Assembly (NCBI GenBank): GCA_007119615.1
Contig: SKPH01000001.1
Span: 1 to 59,120 of the forward strand
Source: Syntrophomonadaceae bacterium
GTDB lineage: Bacteria > Bacillota > Dethiobacteria > DTU022
Length of the DNA stretch: 59,120 bases
Direction of reading: 5' to 3'
Shown: positions 17,447 to 26,297 of the stretch, one piece after another
Position numbering within the stretch: the first letter of the stretch is position 1
How the letters are laid out: each line of letters starts with the position of its first letter
The notes under the pieces: generated by a model
The model's database searches: none
Seen by the model: only the letters and a program-made list of their open reading frames with translations
What the model was told of the DNA's origin: nothing
Program-made: the position numbers and the translations under genes

Positions 17447-17960
17447 GGTAATCAGGATTGATACTGATAAATGTAACGGCTGCCGGGCCTGTGAGATGAT
17501 CTGTTCGGCTTTCCACGCTTCGGATAAATATAGTGTAATTAATCCATCCAGGTCCCGGATCAGGATGATTCGCGAGCCGATGCGCGACGTCTACCTCCCC
17601 GTATACGCCGGCGAGTATACTGCAGCCGAATGTATGGGTAGAGATAAATATGTTGTCGATGGAAAAGAATATGAGGAATGCGCATTTTGCAGAGCATCCT
17701 GTCCATCCAGAGATGCTTTTAAGGAACCTGATTCCGGACTTCCGCTAAAATGTGATATGTGCGAAGATGATCCTGAACAGGAAGAGCCGCTGTGTGTTAA
17801 GTGGTGTCTGGCTGATGCCCTGACTTATGAAGAGCGGGAAGAAGAGGTTGAGGAAGAAGTGATCCTCGAAGAGATGGAAACTGGATTAAAATCACTGATA
17901 GATAAATACGGACTTGATGACTTAATTGATAGCATTGCCCGAATGTCACGGAAGGAATAA
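17421..17960 (+). CDS. bamC: BamC, poly-[4Fe-4S] ferredoxin-like subunit
   Basis: CNGCRACEMIC, CAFCRASCP and CDMCED...CVKWC cluster motifs. The gene overlaps the end of bamB by 26 nt. RBS GAGGGA lies 9 nt upstream. Confidence 0.8.
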   Translation: MGKVKKKVKVIRIDTDKCNGCRACEMICSAFHASDKYSVINPSRSRIRMIREPMRDVYLPVYAGEYTAAECMGRDKYVVDGKEYEECAFCRASCPSRDAFKEPDSGLPLKCDMCEDDPEQEEPLCVKWCLADALTYEEREEEVEEEVILEEMETGLKSLIDKYGLDDLIDSIARMSRKE

Positions 17961-17993
17961 ATATCTTAAGTTGAAAGAAGGGATTACAAACTC

Positions 17994-19145
17994 GTGGATA
18001 TTGAAACCCCGATCAATGAAGTCATAGAAGAAATAAAAGAGTTCGGTGGAGACGCCGTTAAGTTCTGCTACCAATGCGGAAAATGCGATACTGTATGTCC
18101 CTGGAATAAGGTAACAAATTTTAGCATTCGGAAGTTGATCCGGGAGGCTACATTTGGAATACCGGAAGTAGAGCTTGAGGAAGTCTGGCGCTGCACTACC
18201 TGTGGGAAGTGCCCCCAGGAATGCCCAAGGGACGTCAGGCAGATTGACGACGTGGTAGCTATGCGCAGAATTGCCACGGAATACGGAGTTTCTTCAACTC
18301 TTCTCAAGCCTGTCCGCTCAGCGAGCGCATGCCTGGCTGCGGAAGGCAACCCTCTTGTCCAGGAACGCTCTAAAAGGGCGGATTGGACGGAGGGCCTGGA
18401 TGTAAAACCTTTTACGGAGGAAATGGAAATTCTTTATTTTCCCTGCTGCTACGTCTGTTACGATAAGAGATTAAAAGAAGTTGCCACTGCTACAGTCAGG
18501 ATATTGAATAAAGCCGGGGTTGAATTCGGAATCCTGGGAACTCAGGAGAACTGTTGCGGGGAAAGTATCCGCAAAACAGGCAATGAGGAAATATTTAAGA
18601 GCCTGGCCAGGGAAAATATTAAAACTTTTATTGACAACGGGGTCAAGAAAATCCTGGTTTCTTCTCCACATTGCTATCACACGCTAAAAAATGAATACCC
18701 CGAATTCAAAGCGAACTTTGAAGTGGTTCATATTACCCAGTATTTACACGAGCTCATTAGTGAGGGCAGACTTCAGGTCAGTAAAGGTTACGAGAAGAAA
18801 GTTACTTACCATGACCCCTGTTACCTGGGGCGGCATAATGGAATTTACGATGAGCCGCGGGAAGTTTTAGGTAAGATCCCCGGCCTGGAATTAAGCGAGA
18901 TGGCTGAAATACGGGAAGAGGGCCTCTGCTGTGGAATGGGCGGAGGCAGGATCTGGATTGATACCAAAATGGATGAACGTTTCTCCAATATAAGGGTTGA
19001 AGAAGCGGTTGCAATGGGGGCTGAAGTGCTGGTAACTTCCTGCCCGTACTGTATCGATGCTCTTGAAGAGAGCAGATCGGGCCTGAACTATGAGGATGCA
19101 ATCCAGGTTAAAGATATAACGGAGATCCTTCAGGAAGTTCTTTAG
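17994..19145 (+). CDS. bamD: BamD, HdrD-like subunit (two 4Fe-4S motifs plus two CCG domains)
   Basis: CYQCGKCDTVCP and CTTCGKCPQECP. CCG motifs at ENCCGES and GLCCGMGGG, with CPYC near the C-terminus. Confidence 0.85.
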   Translation: MDIETPINEVIEEIKEFGGDAVKFCYQCGKCDTVCPWNKVTNFSIRKLIREATFGIPEVELEEVWRCTTCGKCPQECPRDVRQIDDVVAMRRIATEYGVSSTLLKPVRSASACLAAEGNPLVQERSKRADWTEGLDVKPFTEEMEILYFPCCYVCYDKRLKEVATATVRILNKAGVEFGILGTQENCCGESIRKTGNEEIFKSLARENIKTFIDNGVKKILVSSPHCYHTLKNEYPEFKANFEVVHITQYLHELISEGRLQVSKGYEKKVTYHDPCYLGRHNGIYDEPREVLGKIPGLELSEMAEIREEGLCCGMGGGRIWIDTKMDERFSNIRVEEAVAMGAEVLVTSCPYCIDALEESRSGLNYEDAIQVKDITEILQEVL

Positions 19146-19215
19146 AGTCTGAAGAAATTAGTTTGCTGAAATTGAACAGAGGGTTCGAACATAAAACCTG
19201 ATGAGGTGATCGTAA

Positions 19216-22200
19216 GTGGAAAATGAACTGGAAATAAACAGAGCACAACTTCTCAAAAGCCTTGCTGGAGATAATTTTGGGGATGTCATGGTTGTAGGTG
19301 GAGGAGTAAGCGGTATCCAGGCTTCATTGGATCTTGCCACCGCCGGTTTTAAAGTTTATCTGGTTGACAGTGCACCCGCGATTGGGGGCCACATGGCTCA
19401 GCTGGATAAAACTTTTCCAACTAATGATTGCTCGATGTGAATACTCTCACCCAAACTGGTCGAGGTCGACCGGCACACCAACATCGAGGTCCTTTCATAT
19501 ACTGAAGTTGATAGCGTGGAAGGAGAAGCGGGGAACTTCAGGGTAGGTCTGAGGAGAAAGCCCAGATATGTATTGGAGGACAAATGTACGGGCTGTACTG
19601 TCTGTGTAGAATACTGTCCTGCAAAATATCCTGATAAATTTAATCAGGATTTATCGAAGAATAAAGCAATCCATATCTACTACTCTCAGGCGATCCCTCT
19701 GATCACTTATATTGACGAAAGCTGCCTCTATTTGAAAGAGAAGAAATGCCGTATTTGTGAGGCGGTATGTAAGAATGAGGCGATAGATTTTAGCCAGACC
19801 GAGAAGAAGATGGAAATAAAAGTCGGGGCGGTTGTTCTTGCTCCGGGGTATGAACCCTTCGACCCCGGCGCGAGAGAGGATTACGGCTACGGAAAATTTA
19901 AGAATGTGATTACCAGCATGGATTACGAACGGCTGACCGATTCAACCGGTCCATACGAAGGCCAGGTTCTTCGTCCATCAGATTTGAAGCATCCCCAAAA
20001 AGTAGCCTGGATTCAGTGTGTCGGTTCCCGCCAGGTTAATCCACCGGGCGGCAACAGCTACTGTTCCTCGGTATGCTGTACTTATACACAGAAACAGGTC
20101 ATCTTGACCAAAGAGCACAGTCCTGATGCTGAATGCACGGTTTTCCATAATGATATCCGTTCTTATGGGAAAGATTTCGAGCGCTTTTACCAGAGGGCTG
20201 AAGATCTTCCCGGGGTGCAATTTATCAGGAGTTATGTATCAGTGGTAAAAGAAGATCCTGAAACTAAAAATGTTACACTCAAGTATGCTACTAACGACGA
20301 TGGCGTCAGGGAAGAAGAATTCGACCTGGTTGTATTGTCGGTCGGATTGAACCCTCCCGCTGATTTTAAGGGCCTGGCAGATAAATTTGGCATCGAACTC
20401 AATGAGCATGGATTTTGTAAAACCGATCCCGGTAATCCGATGCAGACATCCCGCCCAGGGTTGCTGATTAGCGGAGCATTCCAGGGACCCGTGGATATCC
20501 CCGAATCGGTTGTGTCCGCAAGCGGGGCCGGTTCTCAGTGTGGTGAGCTACTCAATTACAGGCGGGGCGATCTTTCTACAGAGAGGATATACCCGCCGGA
20601 AAGGGACGTTTCTCTGGAGGAACCCAGGATCGGTGTTTTCGTGTGCCACTGCGGTGCTAATATCGGCAGGGTGGTTGATGTCCCTTCCACTGTTGATTAT
20701 TGCTTAACGCTGCCTAATGTTGTCTACGCCCAGGAACAGCTCTTCTCCTGCGCAACCAACTCTGCCGAGGAGATAACTGAAAAGATCAAGGAACAAGGAC
20801 TTAACCGGGTAATTGTCGCCGCCTGCTCCCCCAGGACTCTGGAAATGTTATTCAGGGACACCCTTCGCCAGGCGGGACTGAATCAATATTATTATGAAAT
20901 GGCCAATATCAGGGAACATTGTTCCTGGGTCCACCCCAAAGAGAAGGATGAAGCAACTCAAAAATCTAAAGATATTATCCGCATGGCTGTTGCCAGGACC
21001 CGATTCCTGGAACCGTTAACAGAAATTGATCTGCCGGTCGACAAGCGGGCCTTAGTGGTCGGTGGCGGCCTTGCCGGTATGACCTGTGCGCTATCCATTG
21101 CTGCGCAGGGCCATGAAGTTTACCTGGTGGAAAAGGATCCCGAACTGGGAGGTACGGCGCGAAAAATTCATGATACCCTGGATGGAACGGATGTCCAGGC
21201 TTATTTGCGCGAAGTCATCGGGAAGATCTATAAAAACCCCCTGGTTCATGTTTATACCGATGCGAATATTACCGAAAATACAGGCTATATTGGAAATTTC
21301 ATAACCCGACTGAAGGTGGGCGATAGAACTGCAGAGCTTAAGCATGGAGCAACTGTTATCGCTACGGGGGCTGATATTTATACACCCACCGAGTATCTCT
21401 ATGGAGAAGATGACAGGGTTTTGACGCACCTCGAGTTGGAGGAAAAGATCGCAGAAGAAGATGAAAAAGTGATCAATTCGCAAAGCCTGGTCATGATCCA
21501 ATGTGTGGGCTGCCGGAATGAAGAAAGAAATTACTGCAGCCGGATTTGCTGTAATGAGTCTGTAAAAAATGCCCTTAAATTAAAAGAGAAAAACCCGCAG
21601 ATGGATATATATATTCTTTTCCGCGACATGAGAACTTATGGTTATAATGAGGATTATTACCGGCTGGCCTCAGAAAAAGATGTCAAATTTATTCGCTACG
21701 AGCCGGATGAAGAGCCCCTTGTGGAGGCTGCCGAGGGAGAAGATCGACCTGTCTTGAGGGTCACCCTGCCGGATTATGTTTTAGGCAAAAAGCTGGAAAT
21801 TGATGCTGATATCGTTACCCTGGCTGCGGCCGTTATTCCATCTGCAGGGACCAGGGAAATTGAGAGTATATTCAAAGTCGGTCTGAACCAGGATGGTTTC
21901 TTTAAAGAAGCTCATGTCAAATTAAGACCGGTAGAGTTTGCTGCTGAAGGTATTTATCTTTGCGGGCTGGCGCATTATCCGAAACTTATCTCGGAGACGA
22001 TCAGCCAGGCCTACGGAGCAGCAGGCCGGGTATTGACCCTGCTTTCAAACGATACCGTTACCGCTTCGGGTTCTATTTGCGAAGTGGAGGAAAATAGCTG
22101 TATCTCCTGTGGAGCATGCATCGCAGCCTGTTCCTACGGCGCTATAGAGTTTCGTGAAACTGAACTGGGGATTAAAGCTTTTGTCAACCCCGTCCTCTGC

Positions 22201-22341
22201 AAGGGAGACGGACTCTGTAACGCAATGTGCCCGACAGGTGCAATTCAACTCAAACATTTTACCGATGAAGAGCTATTGAGCCAAATTGATGCGGCAACTT
22301 CAGAAGAAGAGGTTGTTGATGAAGTTGAAACAGTGGTTTAA
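19216..22341 (+). CDS. bamE: BamE, HdrA-like FAD/FeS subunit; selenoprotein with in-frame UGA at 19438-19440
   Basis: ORFs 19216-19440 and 19516-22341 share one frame with no other stop between them. The joined sequence reads ...FPTNDCSM-U-ILSPKLVEVD..., the HdrA CSMC(I/L) site. FAD motif VVGGGVSGIQASLDLA. C-terminal 2x[4Fe-4S] motifs CISCGACIAAC and CKGDGLCNAMCP. Confidence 0.85.
19438..19473 (+). other. UGA(Sec) codon plus SECIS-like hairpin in bamE
   Basis: TGA at 19438-19440. The hairpin CTGGTCGAGGTCGACCGG (19456-19473) has a 6-7-bp stem and a G-G-U-containing apical loop. It begins 15 nt after the UGA. Confidence 0.6.
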
Positions 22342-22401
22342 GATTTTCGAATCCCCGGGCTTTAGACCGATCGGAATGATTAACTTGGGAGGTGTAAGCG
22401 G

Positions 22402-23169
22402 ATGAGTGCCGGAACAACATTTAAGCCAAAAGTTATCGGCTTTGTATGCCAGTGGTGAGGATACGGAGCTGCTGACCTGGCTGGAGTTTCCAGACTACAA
22501 TATACAACTGAAATCAGGCTTATTCGCGTCATGTGCACCGGTAGAATTGACCTCGCACATGTAATCAGGGCTTTTACAAACGGAACCGATGGTGTGTTTA
22601 TCGGTGGATGCAGATTGAATGAATGTAATTATATAACTCACGGAAATTTTTATGCTTTGAATATGGTTCTTCTTTGTAAAAAAATGATGGAACATATTGG
22701 GATAAATCCAGAGAGATTAAGGATCGAGTTCATGTCATCCGGTGAAGGGAACCTGTTTGCCGAGGTCGTCGATCATTTCGTTAAGACAGTAAAGGATATT
22801 GGTCCTCTCGGCAAAAGCGAAGGACTTGATGAAAATGGGTTAAAAGTAAATCTTGAAGCAATAACCGGTTTAATCCCCTATATCAGGCTGGTAGAAAGCG
22901 AGAGATTAAAAGGGCATTTTACTACACTGGAGGAATATCAAGAATTTTACTCCAGTGTGGAGTTTGACAGGCTATTTAAAGAGCTGATCGCAGACAAACT
23001 GGCGATCAGCAGGATTATCTTACTCTTACGGGAAAAAGCCCTCTCTACAGGAGAAATTTCTGAGGTTTTAGGTTTATCCCCCTCAGAAATATCCAAGCAC
23101 CTGAGTAACTCGGCAAAGCTTGGTTTGGTCAGGTATGATGAAAGCCGGAAACGTTTTGCTTCAGTTTAA
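22402..23169 (+). CDS. bamF: BamF, MvhD-like subunit; selenoprotein with in-frame UGA at 22456-22458; C-terminal winged-helix-like tail
   Basis: ATG 22402 follows GGGAGG and is in frame with ORF 22531-23169. It translates as MSAGTTFKPKVIGFVCQW-U-GYGAADLAGVSRLQY..., the MvhD CxWC-x-Y-x-GAD-x-AG signature with Sec in place of the second Cys. Confidence 0.8.
22456..22493 (+). other. UGA(Sec) codon plus candidate SECIS hairpin in bamF
   Basis: TGA at 22456-22458. The hairpin CTGGAGTTTCCAG (22481-22493) has a 5-bp stem and a GUU loop. It begins 22 nt after the UGA. Confidence 0.45.
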
Positions 23170-23217
23170 AGCTGAAGAGCAGGCCGCAGGGTAAAGGAGG
23201 AGCAGAGGATAAAAGTT

Positions 23218-23670
23218 ATGGATAATGCCAGAATTGATCAGATCTTGGAGAAATATAACGGCGAGGCCAGTTCACTCATTCAGGTATTGCTGGAAGTGCA
23301 GAGCGAAAACCGCTGGCTTCCCGGTCAGGCCCTGGAGAGGATCAGTGAAGGATTACAGGTACCCTTAGCCAGGATTCAGCATATTGCTACTTTCTATAAA
23401 GCATTTAGCCTGGTTCCTAAAGGACGTCATGAAATTCATATCTGCATGGGTACTGCCTGTCACGTTCGTGGCGCTCAGAATGTCCTCGATAAGGTTCAGG
23501 AACTGACCGGAATTAACCCCGGCGAAACTGACCTGGATTTGAAATTCAGCCTGGAGACCGTAAACTGCCTCGGCTGCTGTGCATTAGGGCCGGTGATGGA
23601 GATAGACGGGCAGATTCATGGAAAGATAACACCGTCTGAAACAGCGGACGCGTTGCAAAAATATGAGTGA
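23218..23670 (+). CDS. bamG: BamG, NuoE/HoxE-like [2Fe-2S] subunit
   Basis: Thioredoxin-like 2Fe-2S motif: CMGTACHVRG ... CLGCCALGP. Confidence 0.85.
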   Translation: MDNARIDQILEKYNGEASSLIQVLLEVQSENRWLPGQALERISEGLQVPLARIQHIATFYKAFSLVPKGRHEIHICMGTACHVRGAQNVLDKVQELTGINPGETDLDLKFSLETVNCLGCCALGPVMEIDGQIHGKITPSETADALQKYE

Positions 23671-23692
23671 AGGAAGGTTGTGAAGTAAGACC

Positions 23693-25615
23693 ATGGCACG
23701 GATAAAATCATCTGCCGAACTGGAAGAGCTCAGAGAGGGTATCTTGTCGCAAAGAGACCCTGATAAACGGACTATTACACTCTGTTCCGGGTCTGCTTGC
23801 CACGCAACCGGCAGCAAATTGGTTGCCGCCAGCATTGAAGAAGAGATAAAAAAACAGGGTTTAACCGATCAGGTTAATATCAGGAAAACCGGCTGCCATG
23901 GATTCTGCGAGAGAGGCCCGATTATTGTTATCCAGCCGGACGAAATATGCTACCTGGAAATAAAGCCTGAAGATGTTCCTGAGATTGTCTCCGAAACGAT
24001 CAGAGATCAGAAGATCATAGAGAGGCTGCTATATACCGATCCCAAAACAGATCAGGAAATTATCCATGAATCTGAAATTCCATTCTACAAGAATCAGCAG
24101 CGCCTCCTTTTCGGCGCCAACATTAAAATCGATCCCAAGAGCATTGATGACTACCTCGCGATAGGAGGTTATTCCGCGTTATCCAAAGTGCTGTTTCAGA
24201 TGACACCGGAAGAGGTCCTGGAAGAAGTAAAAAAATCCAACCTCAGGGGAAGAGGAGGCGGAGGTTTTCCGGCAGGCGCAAAATGGGAGGGATCCCGCAA
24301 TGACCCCGAGGAGACAAAGTATGTGATCGTCAATGCGGATGAAGGAGATCCCGGGGCGTATATGGATCGGAGCCTGCTCGAAGGAAACCCACACTCCGTC
24401 CTTGAAGGACTGGCTATCGGAGCTTATACAATCGGGGCCAGAGAAGGCTATATTTACGTTCGGCAGGAATACCCGCTGGCAGTTGAAAATATTAACCTGG
24501 CAATCAGCCAGGCTGAAGAATATGGTCTCCTGGGGGAGAATATCCTCGGCTCAGGATTTGATTTCACAGTTACAGTACACCAGGGCGCCGGCGCATTTGT
24601 CTGTGGTGAATCGAGTGCCTTGATGACGGCTTTGGAAGGCAGGGCGGGAGAGCCGAGGCCAAAGTATATTCGTTCCAACATCAAGGGGCTGTGGGAAAAA
24701 CCGACGGTGTTGAATAATGTTGAGACCTGGGCTAATGTTCCGCTGATCATTAATAATGGCGCTGACTGGTTTACCCGGTACGGAACAGAAACAAGCAAGG
24801 GCACAAAAATTTTCTCCCTGGTGGGTAAAATTAATAATACCGGTCTTGTGGAAGTGCCGATGGGCATGACCTTAAGAGATATTATCTATAAAATCGGCGG
24901 TGGAATACACAGGGACAAGGAGTTCAAAGCCGTTCAAACCGGAGGGCCCTCCGGGGGGTGCCTTCCTGAAAACTTGTTGGATCTGGAAGTTGGTTTTGAC
25001 GAACTGACTCAGGCCGGCTCAATGATGGGGTCCGGCGGGATGATTGTAATGGATGAAGATACCTGTATGGTTGACGTTGCCAGGTACTTTCTGGACTTTC
25101 TTGCCGACGAATCGTGCGGCAAATGTGTTCCCTGCCGTGAAGGTGTTAAACAGATGCTTCATATTTTGACGGATATCACCCGGGGGAAGGGAAAAGAAGA
25201 CGATATTGAGCTTTTGGAGGAGTTAGCCGAGGTAGCCAAAGAATCTGCACTCTGCGCCCTGGGCCAGACTGCTCCCAATCCATTTCTAAGTACGTTGAAA
25301 TATTTTAAAGCTGAGTACGAGGCGCACATTATGGAAAAGAGATGCCCTGCTCTATATTGTAAAGAACTGATCGAATATTATATTGATCCGGAGAAGTGCC
25401 GGGCCTGTATGATTTGTCTTAAGCAGTGTCCATCAGATGCGATTATAGGTGAAAAGAAAAAGGTGCATATAATTGATCAAGAGAAGTGCACAAAGTGTAA
25501 TACATGTTTCGAAGTCTGCCCTTCCCGCTTTGGTGCAGTGAAGAAGATCTCCGGCGAACCGGTTCCGCCTCCAATTCCCGAAGAAGAAAGAATTATAGCC
25601 AGGGGGAGCAAATGA
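23693..25615 (+). CDS. bamH: BamH, NuoF/HoxF-like NAD(P)H- and FMN-binding FeS subunit
   Basis: GRGGGGFPAGAKW, ESCGKCVPCREG (N3 cluster) and C-terminal ferredoxin motifs CRACMICLKQCP and CTKCNTCFEVCP. Confidence 0.85.
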   Translation: MARIKSSAELEELREGILSQRDPDKRTITLCSGSACHATGSKLVAASIEEEIKKQGLTDQVNIRKTGCHGFCERGPIIVIQPDEICYLEIKPEDVPEIVSETIRDQKIIERLLYTDPKTDQEIIHESEIPFYKNQQRLLFGANIKIDPKSIDDYLAIGGYSALSKVLFQMTPEEVLEEVKKSNLRGRGGGGFPAGAKWEGSRNDPEETKYVIVNADEGDPGAYMDRSLLEGNPHSVLEGLAIGAYTIGAREGYIYVRQEYPLAVENINLAISQAEEYGLLGENILGSGFDFTVTVHQGAGAFVCGESSALMTALEGRAGEPRPKYIRSNIKGLWEKPTVLNNVETWANVPLIINNGADWFTRYGTETSKGTKIFSLVGKINNTGLVEVPMGMTLRDIIYKIGGGIHRDKEFKAVQTGGPSGGCLPENLLDLEVGFDELTQAGSMMGSGGMIVMDEDTCMVDVARYFLDFLADESCGKCVPCREGVKQMLHILTDITRGKGKEDDIELLEELAEVAKESALCALGQTAPNPFLSTLKYFKAEYEAHIMEKRCPALYCKELIEYYIDPEKCRACMICLKQCPSDAIIGEKKKVHIIDQEKCTKCNTCFEVCPSRFGAVKKISGEPVPPPIPEEERIIARGSK

Positions 25616-26229
25616 AGATGAGTAAAATTACTTTGAATATTGACGGAACAGAGATTGAAGCAAGCGAAGGCATGACCATACTGGAGGCAGCTCAGAGCGT
25701 GGGAATAGATATTCCGACCCTTTGTCACCATGAAAAATTGGAGCCTTACGGTGGTTGCCGGATATGCACGGTGGAAGCGGAGGTAAGAGGGCGGACAAAA
25801 CTCGTCGCAGCCTGCGTATATCCGGTAGAAAAGAATCTGACGGTAAAAACAAGGTCTGATAAAGTTGATAGAATTCGCAAGATGGTCCTACAGCTTTTGC
25901 TTTCACATGCTCCGGATTCCGAACAATTGGTGGATTTGGCTAAAGAGTACGGTGCAGACAAAGATCGTTTTGAGAAAGAGGCTTCATTTTGCATTCATTG
26001 CGGTTTATGTGTCCGGTACTGCGCCGAGGTGAAAAAGAAGAACGCTGTTGGATTTATTAACAGGGGTTCAAAACGGGAGATAAACTTTGTTCCCGAGATA
26101 GCTGCCAGGGAGTGCTGGAACTGCAAAGAATGTTTCCCGCTCTGCCCTACAGCGGCGCTCCAGGCAGCTTACGTTTTTACAGAATCCCTGGTAAATTCCT
26201 CACCCCCCTATGAAACTGATTCAGAATGA
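25612..26229 (+). CDS. bamI: BamI, NuoG N-terminal-like [2Fe-2S]/[4Fe-4S] subunit
   Basis: The start is reassigned to ATG 25612, which forms an ATGA overlap with the bamH stop. The track start at 25504 lies inside bamH. Motifs: CHHEKLEPYGGCRICTVE, CIHCGLCVRYC and CKECFPLCP. Confidence 0.8.
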   Translation: MKMSKITLNIDGTEIEASEGMTILEAAQSVGIDIPTLCHHEKLEPYGGCRICTVEAEVRGRTKLVAACVYPVEKNLTVKTRSDKVDRIRKMVLQLLLSHAPDSEQLVDLAKEYGADKDRFEKEASFCIHCGLCVRYCAEVKKKNAVGFINRGSKREINFVPEIAARECWNCKECFPLCPTAALQAAYVFTESLVNSSPPYETDSE

Positions 26230-26297
26230 TGCAGTGCCGTCCGGTTCTGCTGTACAGGGAAGTCTTGATCGAATTCTTTAGCGCCTTTTGACGATTG

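Noticed and set aside
19438-19440. Reading bamE and bamF as pseudogenes or split genes caused by nonsense mutations
   Set aside because: Both TGAs fall exactly on conserved Cys positions of redox motifs (CSMC and CxWC). The downstream frames are intact for 2.9 kb and 0.7 kb respectively, and each TGA is followed by a hairpin. Sec recoding is far more parsimonious.
25504-25611. Upstream extension of bamI in the ORF track
   Set aside because: It overlaps the 3' end of bamH in another frame. ATG 25612 forms a typical ATGA stop/start overlap and begins the conserved 2Fe-2S domain (MKMSKITLNIDG...).
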